The notes: generated by a model from the sequence alone, not told the origin. Positions 17,810 to 27,673 are shown, numbered from the stretch's first letter. The stretch: DNA of 59,004 nucleotides from an archaeon (GCA_043817405.1 JBDRGV010000036.1:1-59004); one strand, 5' to 3'. Translations and numbers: made by a program.

Positions 17810-18868
17810 ATGAGGTCTATACTTTCACTATCTGAGTACGTGAAGAGGCTTCCTAAGAAAAAGAGGGAGATCTTCTTAAGACTATTCTCTATTAGCGATT
17901 CTATTGGAAAATCAGTTGTTCCTGAAGAAATGAAACCTTGGATTACAAAAACTTTTGGTTCTGTTAAAGCTGTTGAGACTCAAAAAATTGTGAGAATTGA
18001 TAATAATATCACTTGTGTCACTGCTTTGTTTAATGAGTTAAGAGCCAAAAGACCTATCGATGCCAAGAACAAAAGCAATGCTAAAGAAGTCATAAAAGAA
18101 AATAAAGGAAAAGATTTCTGCAACCCTTTGACCCACACTACAGAAGATTACTTTGGTAGAATCAAAGGCAAGAAATCAATAACTGCCAGTAATGTTGCCA
18201 AATACGGTGCTTTTCACGGAGTAATAATCTTTAAAGAACATGATCCTTTAAAATTCAATGCTGCAGATGTTAAAGATCATCTGGAGACTGCTGAAAAATG
18301 GATTGAAAAAGTTCATGAAAAACATCCTTTAAGGATATATCCATTCATTCTTTGGAATTGTCTTTGGAAAGCTGGAGCAAGCATTGTTCACGGTCATATG
18401 CAAGTGCTTATTGGACGAAGCAAACATTATGGTGAAATTGAAAGACTGAGAAGATTCGCAAGTGGTTATGGGAGAGTTTATGGCTCTGATTACTTCAAAG
18501 ATTTGTATGAAAGTCATAAATCTGTTGGTTTGGGCTTTGAACAAAAAAACAATAGAATTATGGCTCATTTGACACCTAGAAAAGAGAAAGAGGTCATCAT
18601 CATGGCCAAGACGCTAAACAACGCTTCAGAAGCCCTGTATAAGGCCCTGAACGCATATAGAAAGATGGGTGTGGAAAGTTTTAATGTTGGAATATATCTG
18701 CAACCATTGGATGGCTCCTGGAAAATGCCAGTAATCATAAGAATTGTAGACCGAGGAAGCCTTGCAAACAACACAACAGACATCGCAGGAATGGAACTAT
18801 TTGCAGGTGCAAGCGTTGTAGCATCGGACCCCTACAAGGTAATTGAAAAAATTAAGAAAGAGTTCTGA
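17810..18868 (+). CDS. GalT-branch HIT-superfamily nucleotidyltransferase-like protein
   Basis: The pattern FCNP...WNCLWKAGASIVHGHMQV (an HxHxQ-type active-site motif) resembles galactose-1-phosphate uridylyltransferase / ADP-glucose phosphorylase. Confidence 0.55.
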   Translation: MRSILSLSEYVKRLPKKKREIFLRLFSISDSIGKSVVPEEMKPWITKTFGSVKAVETQKIVRIDNNITCVTALFNELRAKRPIDAKNKSNAKEVIKENKGKDFCNPLTHTTEDYFGRIKGKKSITASNVAKYGAFHGVIIFKEHDPLKFNAADVKDHLETAEKWIEKVHEKHPLRIYPFILWNCLWKAGASIVHGHMQVLIGRSKHYGEIERLRRFASGYGRVYGSDYFKDLYESHKSVGLGFEQKNNRIMAHLTPRKEKEVIIMAKTLNNASEALYKALNAYRKMGVESFNVGIYLQPLDGSWKMPVIIRIVDRGSLANNTTDIAGMELFAGASVVASDPYKVIEKIKKEF

Positions 18869-18908
18869 AACAGAAAAAAATATATTAACTTGCGCATTTG
18901 TTATTATA

Positions 18909-19517
18909 ATGGATTTAAAACTTGGTTTTCTCGCATCACACGAAGGAAGTAATGTGAAAGCAATTCTGAATAATATAAATAATGGTTCATTAATAGCAGA
19001 ACCAAAAATCATTATTTCTAATAATCCTGATGCAAATGTTCTAAATATAGCAAAAAAGAAAAATGTGCCTGGTTATTGTATGAATACAAAAAACTATCCT
19101 AAAAAATATTCGTCTTTGGAAAAAGCTATTTTAAACAATTTCATAGAGAATGATGTTAACATTATCGTTCTCGCAGGATACCTAAAACCAATTGGAAAAA
19201 ATATCCTTTCACATTATCATAATCATATTCTAAACATTCATCCGTCCTTACTGCCAAAATATGGTGGAAAAGGAATGTATGGCTCTGTAATTCACAAAGC
19301 AGTTATAGATTCCGATGATAAAGAAAGCGGAGCAACAATTCATATTGTAACTCAAGAGTATGATCAAGGGCCCATAATAGCCCAATGTAAAGTTCCAAGA
19401 TATAAAAATGACACCGTAGAGACATTGGCAGCTAGAGTTTTAAAGTTCGAACATGTTTTTTATTCACAAACATTAAGAGATATACAACAAGATTTGATTA
19501 ATTTAGAAGAGTTCTAA
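18909..19517 (+). CDS. purN: PurN-type formyltransferase (phosphoribosylglycinamide formyltransferase-like)
   Basis: The ORF-track start at 18843 overlaps the upstream gene. The ATG at 18909 gives MDLKLGFLASHEGSN. Motifs IIVLAGY, NIHPSLLPKYGG and GATIHIV..D. Confidence 0.75.
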   Translation: MDLKLGFLASHEGSNVKAILNNINNGSLIAEPKIIISNNPDANVLNIAKKKNVPGYCMNTKNYPKKYSSLEKAILNNFIENDVNIIVLAGYLKPIGKNILSHYHNHILNIHPSLLPKYGGKGMYGSVIHKAVIDSDDKESGATIHIVTQEYDQGPIIAQCKVPRYKNDTVETLAARVLKFEHVFYSQTLRDIQQDLINLEEF

Positions 19518-19930
19518 TCAATATAACTTAACAAACCTTCTGAATAAGTAACCCACACATCAACCATTCCCATCAAAGCATGTGCCTGCCCTGGATTATC
19601 AACATTATGAGAATAATAATTTATGCTGTAATCCAAAGTATTCTTTAACAGACTATTTCTTTCATGACGGTCAGTTGCCAACCAAACACCATTTCCATAG
19701 ATGTAAAATCCTGAAATAAAAGCTGTGTCTTCATAGAAATCAAGTGGAGTTGGATAATTGAAATATTTTTTTTTCAAATATTCAGAAATCTTCTCATACA
19801 TGGCATGCTGAGCTTCAGGACCTACCTTCGCATTAATCATCTTAAAAGCAAAGTCCTTATCAAGATCAACTCCAAACTCATAACCATCATTCATTAGTCT
19901 TTTCGGTTGCCAAATAACTTTCTCATCCAT
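19514..19930 (-). CDS. Hypothetical protein
   Basis: ORF track, with convergent 4-nt overlap with the purN-like gene. I recognise no motif. Confidence 0.55.
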   Translation of the reverse strand: MDEKVIWQPKRLMNDGYEFGVDLDKDFAFKMINAKVGPEAQHAMYEKISEYLKKKYFNYPTPLDFYEDTAFISGFYIYGNGVWLATDRHERNSLLKNTLDYSINYYSHNVDNPGQAHALMGMVDVWVTYSEGLLSYID

Positions 19931-19972
19931 AAAAAAAAGTAATTTATAGAACTATAAAAAACTTAGCTTTAA

Positions 19973-21754
19973 TCACTTCTCAAAGCATCTATTGTGTGCT
20001 TCTATATAGTTTCCTACGAAGTTAGCCCAATCACAGGTATTGGCTAAGCTCTTTGCAATTACTTTGCTTTTTACTCTGTCTTCATGTGATAGCATTGCAA
20101 AAGAATACATTTCTTTGTACATATCTTCAACAACTTCGTCTTCTGTTCTGTTGAATCGTTTCAAAATATAAATTCCTTTATTCTTATCTTTTGGAATTTT
20201 ATCTGTTATGAATCTTCCGAAGCCGGCCAAATCAGTTGTTAATGAAACAACTCCCATGGCAGCTGTTTCCAAAGGAGTATAGCCCCATGGTTCGTAATAG
20301 CTAGGAAACAATCCCAAGTGACTGCCTGCAATTGCATCATAATAGGACAAATTTATCAAGCTATCATTTCCATCCAAGTAAACAGGATAGACTATGACTT
20401 TAACTTTGTCATCTTCTTTATTATCCAAACCTTCTGTGTATAAGGCTTTCAGCATAGGATCATTCTTCTCATTGGAGATGTTGTGAGTTAGTACCGATGG
20501 CACTCCCAATCTTTTGAAACGAATCAAATCTTTCTCTAAATCTTTCAAAAACGTTTTTGTAAACATTGTTCTGACGGATGGTGTTTTTGAACTAACAATG
20601 TCCATGACTATTTTTTTCAATATATCATTGGAATGCCATTGCACATAGTTCTTTATGTGTCTGTAATAGTTCTTGTTTTCCAACACATCTATCTTTACGC
20701 CTTGAGCATCCAGAGGTATCCAGAAGAAGGTTGATATTGTTCTCTTGGATTTGTCTTTTTTTAATCGTTCATTTAATTTTCCAAGAGCTTTAATCATCAC
20801 ATCTATTCCTTTGTTTTTGAACTCATATCTTCCCACAATAAAAAACACTAAATTATGGTCAAGATCAATGTTATAATAGGGGTAAAACTGAAATGTCAAG
20901 AACTCCCTTATTTTTTCTCTGGCTAACAAATGCTTGACAGAGGTTTCTTCGATTGTTGGAAACTTTCTCATGGTCAAACCATTGTTTAAAATCACTTCTG
21001 GTTTTCTCCCGAGAATTTTTTCAGCTTCAATGGCAGTTATTTCTGAAACCGTTGTGAAAATATCTGCTTTTTGAGCCGAGGCTCTTTCGGTTAAGAATTT
21101 ATCTTGAACATTATACTGGTAGGCTTTCTCTTCTGGATTTATATTGTCAAGAATTCCATACAAATCCTCTCCATTGCCTGCCAATGTTCTTCCAAGCATT
21201 GTTGCATGTGTTGTAAAGACCTTTTTAACGCTTGAATTAATTGAGTTTAAATAGAATATTGAGAATCCTGCGAGCCATTCATGAAAATGACCAACGATTT
21301 TTTTACCGGGTAAATATTTCTCAACAGCACCCAATAACATTCCTACAGCCCATGACCAAAGCATTGGCTCTTCAAACTCCCAGTGAGCGTTTAATGAATC
21401 GATTTTTTCCTGCTCCCATAGAAGCTTCTTGATATCATTTTTTTTAGTCATCAAACCTTTAAAATCGATTAGAATCGTGTCCGGTGAACCATCAACATCC
21501 CAACTGCCATAGTAACAGTCAATTCCATCTTTTTTTAAATCATCAAAAGCTTTTTGCAGATAATCAGGAACTTCTTTCTCATCCAGTTCAACCATTGCTT
21601 TTCTTTGAAAATAAGGACCTATCAAGAAGTAATTGTTGTAGAATTTTCTCATCACATAGGCCTTGCTTTTCACAACCGTATAAATACCTCCTACTTTGTT
21701 GCAAACCTCCCACGAGGATTCAAACAAATAATCTACTTTTATTTTGTCATCCAT
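19973..21754 (-). CDS. Eukaryote-type (GT3 family) glycogen synthase
   Basis: The N-terminus FESSWEVCNKVGGIYTVVKSKA...NYFLIGPYF matches the hallmark N-terminal motif of animal/fungal glycogen synthases (FE.xWEVANKVGGIYTV...NYFLVGPY). Confidence 0.85.
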   Translation of the reverse strand: MDDKIKVDYLFESSWEVCNKVGGIYTVVKSKAYVMRKFYNNYFLIGPYFQRKAMVELDEKEVPDYLQKAFDDLKKDGIDCYYGSWDVDGSPDTILIDFKGLMTKKNDIKKLLWEQEKIDSLNAHWEFEEPMLWSWAVGMLLGAVEKYLPGKKIVGHFHEWLAGFSIFYLNSINSSVKKVFTTHATMLGRTLAGNGEDLYGILDNINPEEKAYQYNVQDKFLTERASAQKADIFTTVSEITAIEAEKILGRKPEVILNNGLTMRKFPTIEETSVKHLLAREKIREFLTFQFYPYYNIDLDHNLVFFIVGRYEFKNKGIDVMIKALGKLNERLKKDKSKRTISTFFWIPLDAQGVKIDVLENKNYYRHIKNYVQWHSNDILKKIVMDIVSSKTPSVRTMFTKTFLKDLEKDLIRFKRLGVPSVLTHNISNEKNDPMLKALYTEGLDNKEDDKVKVIVYPVYLDGNDSLINLSYYDAIAGSHLGLFPSYYEPWGYTPLETAAMGVVSLTTDLAGFGRFITDKIPKDKNKGIYILKRFNRTEDEVVEDMYKEMYSFAMLSHEDRVKSKVIAKSLANTCDWANFVGNYIEAHNRCFEK

Positions 21755-21755
21755 T

Positions 21756-22121
21756 TTATATCAACCTAGCAATTATCACACCTATCAAAATTCCTATTAT
21801 GAATCCGTAAAGAAATTCTCTAACCATAAATCTTTTGAATTCATCAGAGTCAGTATCATATTCTCTGTCTTTTCTTAATTCATCTGCTATGAGTTCAATC
21901 ATATCTTCTCGAGAATTAGTTTTATCCAATCTTGCAGCCAAGGTGTCTCTATGAAGAATATCCCTTGTCCATTTAGAAAAATCATTTTTGTTGTGAGTGT
22001 GATGTTTGAAATCGTTCTCAGACATGGTCAACAAAGCTTCCTTTAAATCGCTCAGTGTTTCTGCTTCTTTGCCATGCACTGCAAAAAACTTCTTATGCGG
22101 CGGTAATCTTATCTTTCTCAC
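21756..22121 (-). CDS. Small protein with the F-x-F...NDF(A/S)xW domain plus a C-terminal TM; paralog of 9888..10208
   Basis: Alignment given at 9888..10208. C-terminal TM FLYGFIIGILIGVIIARLI. Its stop lies 1 nt upstream of the GT3 start codon. Confidence 0.6.
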   Translation of the reverse strand: MRKIRLPPHKKFFAVHGKEAETLSDLKEALLTMSENDFKHHTHNKNDFSKWTRDILHRDTLAARLDKTNSREDMIELIADELRKDREYDTDSDEFKRFMVREFLYGFIIGILIGVIIARLI

Positions 22122-22151
22122 CTCTCTCCTCTTTCCTATATGTTCTCTTTT

Positions 22152-23381
22152 TTAGTTGAATATTGCACTAGGAGTCTCACTTATTGAAAACTTCGGTTCA
22201 ACTCCATTTATTTGACCTTTGATTCTGTGAGTTATGTCGTTAAGTATGTTCATGAAAGCAATAAATGCTTCATAGGGCGTTTCGTATGGATTAAAGTATT
22301 TGTGCACATCTCCATCGTTGAAAAATTTAGTACACATGTAGTAAAAATGATCTGAAGTATTCATTTTTCTCCAATCATCCAATAGTTTTGGATCGTTGGT
22401 TTCTTTGACTTTTCGTTCTAATTTGTAAAGTTCTTCTATGGCTGATTTTTGAATTTTATTGCCTAACCAGGCACTCAAGTCTCTTTCAACATCTGCCCAT
22501 GACATGAAACTATGAACATCCAATTCATCCTTGATTTCATGATCCAAGAGATTTGATGGATTTACAAATTCCATTTCATTTTTTATGGCTTCTTCCGGAA
22601 ATTTATCCAAGAACTGGAATATTCCTGTAACATCCCATTGATGCTCTCCAAATGTTTCGTAGTCCATAAACAAGTTAATTATTTCACCGGGACTTTCCTT
22701 CATCCAACGAACATATTTCTCGACCGTTAATGGATGATCCTTCCAGGTATGTTGACTGAACCTAAAAGCAACGTCATCGCTTAGCTTATAGTTTTTCAAG
22801 AGTAATTTGAGTTTGTCAGTGGTTTTTGATTTGTAAACATAATTCGGTGATCTCCAGTCAAGAATATGATCTGCTCCTTCTGCCAGAATTCCTTCATAAC
22901 CCAGTCCTTCTATGTAGTTAGCCAGTTCATTATTGAATATGAGTTCAGTGTTTCTGAATATTCTTGGTTCCTGATTGAAAAGTTCCTTCATTTTTTTTCG
23001 GTGCATCTCAACCTGTTCTTTGAACTCTTCTTTAGAATAGATGAACGCCAACGAATGATAATAGGTTTCTGATAAGAATTCAACACAACCAGTATCCGCT
23101 AACTCTTTGAATAAATCAAGTACTTCTGGAGCGTATTTCTCAAATTGTTCTATGGCTGTACCAGTGATGCTAAACGCAACTTTGAATTTGCCTTTATGTC
23201 TTTTTATTAAATCCAATAAATGTTTATTTGTTGGAACATAGCATTTTCTGGCCACCTTCTCCATTACTTCCTTGTTCTTTTGGTGATCAAAATAATCAGA
23301 GTTATGACCTATTTCAAACACTTTATAGTTTCTTAGCCTGAATGGCTGGTGAACTTGGAAATACAAACAAATTTTCTTCAT
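22152..23381 (-). CDS. GH57-family alpha-glucan-active enzyme (amylase / glucanotransferase-like)
   Basis: MKKICLYFQVHQPFRLRNY matches the GH57 N-terminal HQP motif. About 400 aa of catalytic-domain length. Confidence 0.8.
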   Translation of the reverse strand: MKKICLYFQVHQPFRLRNYKVFEIGHNSDYFDHQKNKEVMEKVARKCYVPTNKHLLDLIKRHKGKFKVAFSITGTAIEQFEKYAPEVLDLFKELADTGCVEFLSETYYHSLAFIYSKEEFKEQVEMHRKKMKELFNQEPRIFRNTELIFNNELANYIEGLGYEGILAEGADHILDWRSPNYVYKSKTTDKLKLLLKNYKLSDDVAFRFSQHTWKDHPLTVEKYVRWMKESPGEIINLFMDYETFGEHQWDVTGIFQFLDKFPEEAIKNEMEFVNPSNLLDHEIKDELDVHSFMSWADVERDLSAWLGNKIQKSAIEELYKLERKVKETNDPKLLDDWRKMNTSDHFYYMCTKFFNDGDVHKYFNPYETPYEAFIAFMNILNDITHRIKGQINGVEPKFSISETPSAIFN

Positions 23382-23382
23382 T

Positions 23383-24603
23383 TTAGTTTCTCTTCAATTG
23401 TGATTCATATACTCGTAAACATTTTTCAGCAGGTATGTCCCAGTTGAATTTTTTTACTTCCAATGAACCGTGATGTTTCAGCTCACTGTTCAAAGTTCGG
23501 TAATGGAGTACTGCCAAAATTTTACTGGCTGTGTCTTCCACATCCCAAAAATCAATTTTTAGGACATGGTTTATTACTTCACTGACACCTGATTGTTTTG
23601 ATATTATGACTGGTGTGCCTGATTTCATTGCTTCCAGGGGAGTTATGCCAAATGGTTCGCTTACTGATGGCATCACATAAACATCTGCCATTTGATAGGC
23701 TTTACTTACGTCATCTCCTGTTAGGAACCCTGCGAACAATACTTGCTTGGCAATTCCTAGTTCGGCTGCTCTTTCTATCATGCTTGCTTCCATGTCTCCG
23801 CTGCCTGCAAATATAAATTTCACATCAGGATCCTTATCAAGGACTCTTTTTGCTGCCGCAAGGAAATAATCAGGTCCTTTTTGAAGTGTTATTCTTCCAA
23901 GAAACAAAACAATTTTGTCTCTTTTTTCAATGTGATAGACTGGTTCTTCTTTGAACTCGACTGCGTTGTGTACAACCGTAATCTTTTCTGGTGGAACTCC
24001 ATAGTGTCTCACCAATAGGCTTTTGGTGTAGTTACTCACAGCCATTATGTGGTCTGCTTTGTGAAAGCCCATTCTTTCAATGTCGTAAACGTATTGGTTT
24101 AATCCATGTCCGCCTGTTCTGTCGAACTCCGTTGCATGTATGTGGATTACCAGTGGTTTTCCTGATACTTCTTTGGCTTTGATGCCTGCTTGGTAGGTCA
24201 TCCAATCGTGAGCGTGAATTATGTCGAATTCTTCTGACATGGCTATGAATTTTACTCTGTGTGAGTATCTTTGTACTTCATCGAACAGGTTTCGTCCATA
24301 AAGTATTCCTGAATTTAGATCGCTGCTTTGTGCCAGTGCAAATTCTTCTGCATATGAGTTTGAGGTTTGGTATGGTACCAGTAGGCTTTCAATTTTTTTG
24401 ATTGTGATGTTTTTGTTTTTGAAAACTTTGTCTGCCACCATTAGTTTGACATATTCACCTGTTACGTTTCCAGGTCCTGTTGGCATGATAAATGTTACTT
24501 TAACGCCATGATGACTTAGGCCTTTTGTCAACCCGTAACAAGCTGTTCCTAATCCCCCTGAGTAGACCGGTGGAAATTCCCAGCCTAGCATTAATACTTT
24601 CAT
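23383..24603 (-). CDS. GT-B glycosyltransferase (GT4/GT5), archaeal glycogen-synthase-like
   Basis: MKVLMLGWEFPPVYSGGLGTACYGL at the N-terminus and SEPFGITPLEAMKSGTPVI at the C-terminus. Its stop lies 1 nt upstream of the GH57 start codon. Confidence 0.8.
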   Translation of the reverse strand: MKVLMLGWEFPPVYSGGLGTACYGLTKGLSHHGVKVTFIMPTGPGNVTGEYVKLMVADKVFKNKNITIKKIESLLVPYQTSNSYAEEFALAQSSDLNSGILYGRNLFDEVQRYSHRVKFIAMSEEFDIIHAHDWMTYQAGIKAKEVSGKPLVIHIHATEFDRTGGHGLNQYVYDIERMGFHKADHIMAVSNYTKSLLVRHYGVPPEKITVVHNAVEFKEEPVYHIEKRDKIVLFLGRITLQKGPDYFLAAAKRVLDKDPDVKFIFAGSGDMEASMIERAAELGIAKQVLFAGFLTGDDVSKAYQMADVYVMPSVSEPFGITPLEAMKSGTPVIISKQSGVSEVINHVLKIDFWDVEDTASKILAVLHYRTLNSELKHHGSLEVKKFNWDIPAEKCLRVYESQLKRN

Positions 24604-24747
24604 AATCCCCCCTGAGGAATTATGAAGTTCAAAAATACTAGTATTTTTGTAACCTTCATTCTCGCCCCTTTTTCATTCTAAATTAAACTACTATGGTTTA
24701 TGATGTGAGCATTCATTTATATAATTTCCTATATAAATTCATTTAGT

Positions 24748-24792
24748 TAATTAAGTAAAATAATTAATAACTAAATTATATAATTAAGTAAA
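24748..24792. promoter_or_regulatory. Direct repeat TAATTAAGTAAA (24748-24759 and 24781-24792) upstream of the wHTH regulator gene
   Basis: Read directly. The copies are 33 nt apart. TTTATATA at 24809-24816 lies 22 nt before the ATG at 24839. Confidence 0.3.
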
Positions 24793-24838
24793 CCATAAAA
24801 TAGAAAGGTTTATATAGGACCTGAATCACACTACAAAT

Positions 24839-25513
24839 ATGGACTACGGAACACTGTTAACAGATTCTAAATGGAACATAATTCAAGAATTAGCCAAACA
24901 CAACCAAACACCAACAGATCTAGCCAATAAAACAAAAACCAGTCTAGCAAACATAAGCCAACAATTAAGACTACTGGAAGCCTATGGACTAGTGAAAAAA
25001 GAGCGCAGAATTAGCACAAACGAACCAGGCAAACCAAAAACCTTATTCTCATTAGGAAAAGAAGTGAACCACTTAACATTCATAACTAAACAACTGGCAG
25101 TAAAAAAAGAACTCGAACTAGACTACCTACAAAAAGCCATTTTAAAACTGTGGCTAACACAAAAAAAAGAAGACGTTTACTTCCTAGAAAAATTTCTCAT
25201 TACAAACGAAGAAATTCCTAAGAAATGCGACGCCATAGGAATTGTTAAAACCACATCCGATAAAATAGAGCTACTGTTAATCACAAAACACATAGTAGAC
25301 ATAAGATCAAAATACAGCAATCAAACAATCACAAATATTGAAGATCAAAAAAAGGAAATAATCTGCTGGACCCACACCATAGAAGAAATGGAGGAAGGAC
25401 TAGCAAACAACAACGAATACTTCAAAGGACTGGTTACAAATCTACAACCATTCCTTGAGAAAGACGGATTGATAAATCGAATAATAAAATCTAAAAATGG
25501 AAAAAATCAATAA
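24839..25513 (+). CDS. ArsR/TrmB-like winged-helix regulator with an uncharacterised C-terminal domain
   Basis: WNIIQELAKHNQTPTDLANKTKTSLANISQQLRLLEAYGLVKKER has the HTH-plus-wing pattern. Confidence 0.65.
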   Translation: MDYGTLLTDSKWNIIQELAKHNQTPTDLANKTKTSLANISQQLRLLEAYGLVKKERRISTNEPGKPKTLFSLGKEVNHLTFITKQLAVKKELELDYLQKAILKLWLTQKKEDVYFLEKFLITNEEIPKKCDAIGIVKTTSDKIELLLITKHIVDIRSKYSNQTITNIEDQKKEIICWTHTIEEMEEGLANNNEYFKGLVTNLQPFLEKDGLINRIIKSKNGKNQ

Positions 25514-25763
25514 AATACTTGGAAAACTCTCTTTTGAAGAGCTAAAGGAATTAAAAGAAACACTGCAAAAAGGAGAAGCCATAGAAGCCATAGAAGAAAG
25601 TTTAGAAAGATTTAAAAATTCAAACAAAGTATGTCCAGTTTGTAACACACCAGTAGGGGATGAGGGATTTGTACTTATATTCGGACCAAACGGTTTCAAG
25701 AAAAAAGCGACTTTCGACGGCACAGACTGTTTAGAATACTTCATATACAACATGAGAAAATGA
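25497..25763 (+). CDS. Small CxxC zinc-ribbon / TRASH-like protein
   Basis: CPVCNTPV...ATFDGTDCLEYF. Overlaps the upstream gene by 17 nt and the downstream gene by ATGA. Confidence 0.45.
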   Translation: MEKINKILGKLSFEELKELKETLQKGEAIEAIEESLERFKNSNKVCPVCNTPVGDEGFVLIFGPNGFKKKATFDGTDCLEYFIYNMRK

Positions 25764-26050
25764 CATTTGTAGAAATAAAAAGGATTTTTGAAAAAAGAAA
25801 GTTTAATCTGATAAAGACTCTGGAAAACGAACGAGAAGACATAGAACTATCCAAACAACATCAAATCTATGGCGCAATAAAAGAACTAGAAAACATTCTA
25901 AAAACAATTGATTATTATCAAGAAATTGAAGTTCAGAATCATTTTGAAATGCGTTTAGTCAACGAACAAAACCAGTCATTAATACAAAAAATAGGCTTGA
26001 AACTGAGAAACAGAAACACAGAAACAAAAAGGCAGAAAATTAACCAATAA
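25760..26050 (+). CDS. Small coiled-coil protein
   Basis: ORF track, with ATGA coupling to 25497..25763. Confidence 0.45.
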   Translation: MTFVEIKRIFEKRKFNLIKTLENEREDIELSKQHQIYGAIKELENILKTIDYYQEIEVQNHFEMRLVNEQNQSLIQKIGLKLRNRNTETKRQKINQ

Positions 26051-26224
26051 GTCTTCTTTTTTTAGACCTCATAAAAATTAATCCATTTCTATATTCAATC
26101 TGCTTATGAACCATAACACCTTTGTTAAAAGAGACATTATTATTAAAGCCAGATTCATTAATGGTTTTTTGAAATAATATTGTTTTCACAACGATCCCCC
26201 AAACAAAGGAGATGATACTTCTCT

Positions 26225-27673
26225 TTAAAAAGCTTTGTTTAAGGTTCGCTCATAGAGAAAAACTATTGCAAAATATAGCGGAGTAGCGACGAGAACTAAG
26301 GTAGCTATAAGAATCTTAAATAACAATACCAAACCAAACACCTGAGCTATATAAGCGCCAACGGGCACCAAAACCAATAATGGCAATGAAACAGCAACGC
26401 CCACAAATGAGAAATAAACTTTCCTCTCAGCATCAGACAATAGCTTACCAGTGAAAAAACCCTGAGCCATACCAAGGATTGAAGCACCAATTATGGACAA
26501 AGCAGACGCAACACTAACAACAATTAAATTAGGATTGTAGGCTAAAGACAAAGGAAGCATGGCCGTCAGCAAAGCTCCAAACACCAACATTGGTGAAATA
26601 CCTATATGTTTTTGGAGATTCCTAGTGAACCAAGGACCAATGAATGAGAATATCGCTGCAATTGAAAAAACCACTGCAACATTTAGAAAACCTCCAAGGA
26701 ATTGGTTTTTAAAATGATCATAAATAAAAATTCCATAGAAAGAATTTCCCAGTATCTGCACCAGACCTGTAACGATTGAAGTCAAAGTCAAAAAAAGAAC
26801 TATTTTATTCCTAGAAAACAATGAAGAATGTAACTTCATCCTTTTAGTAAATTCACTTAAAAAAGAAGACATTTTTACCTGAGCAGCCTCTGACTTCTGC
26901 TTTATGTGGGCAAGCACATAGCCTGAAAGTATAAATGCAAAAGCAGTAATCTCAAAAGATATTAGGTAACCATAAACCGTCAGGCTAAATGTTTTGCCTA
27001 AAAAAGACAAAGACACAACCTTTCCAGCCAAAGGAAACAAGTCCATTACAAAACCCGATATGAGCATCGAAATTATGGTTATTAAAAGCCCATAACTCGC
27101 TATCTTTGAAAGAAAAACTCCCATGTTCTCTCTTTTCAAATGAGATCCGATAAATTTAACATACAACTCACCATGAGCAACAACGCCTAACGCACCTACA
27201 AGAAAAGCCAAGGCGAATAGCCAAGGCTTTCTAGCAACAACTGCAAAAGACATTATTAAGAACGAAAAACCATAAATAATTCCCGCCCTACTGATAAGAT
27301 TCTTTTTTAGTATATGAACTCTGGAGAATTCCTTAAGAAAAGACGAGTAAAGCAACGATAAAATAGTTCTCAAACCATTAATCAAACCTATCAAGAAAAA
27401 AGAAGCACCAGAGAACCAAAATAAAATGTTAAGGAACGGATGTGAAACAAAACCATAACCGACTCTATCCATTATTTCCTTCCAAGCAAACTTTTTCTTC
27501 AAAGACCCGTCAGAACTCACCTTTTCCATTCTTAAGTTGGCAGCAGCCTTCTCAATGGCCAAATCAACATCATCCTCAAGAAAACCATGTTTAGCAAGTT
27601 TTATCTTGATATCTTCAAAAGAAACATTGTCCTGCAATAAATCCTTAACCAAACCCAAGAGTTGTCCATCCAT
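26225..27673 (-). CDS. Polytopic membrane protein (MFS-like) with a ~45-aa N-terminal soluble helical domain
   Basis: About 12 hydrophobic segments. The N-terminal LVKDLLQDNVSFEDIKIKLAKHGFLEDDVDLAIEKA resembles the N-terminus of 40040..40720. Confidence 0.6.
   Translation of the reverse strand: MDGQLLGLVKDLLQDNVSFEDIKIKLAKHGFLEDDVDLAIEKAAANLRMEKVSSDGSLKKKFAWKEIMDRVGYGFVSHPFLNILFWFSGASFFLIGLINGLRTILSLLYSSFLKEFSRVHILKKNLISRAGIIYGFSFLIMSFAVVARKPWLFALAFLVGALGVVAHGELYVKFIGSHLKRENMGVFLSKIASYGLLITIISMLISGFVMDLFPLAGKVVSLSFLGKTFSLTVYGYLISFEITAFAFILSGYVLAHIKQKSEAAQVKMSSFLSEFTKRMKLHSSLFSRNKIVLFLTLTSIVTGLVQILGNSFYGIFIYDHFKNQFLGGFLNVAVVFSIAAIFSFIGPWFTRNLQKHIGISPMLVFGALLTAMLPLSLAYNPNLIVVSVASALSIIGASILGMAQGFFTGKLLSDAERKVYFSFVGVAVSLPLLVLVPVGAYIAQVFGLVLLFKILIATLVLVATPLYFAIVFLYERTLNKAF

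Noticed and set aside
26055-26215. A possible ~49-codon minus-strand ORF (VKTILFQKTINESGFNNNVSFNKGVMVHKQIEYRNGLIFMRSKKRRLIG) in the convergent gap between 25760..26050 and 26225..27673
   Set aside because: It has a GTG start with weak context, overlaps the end of the + strand gene, and shows no recognisable motif. The evidence is insufficient to call it.
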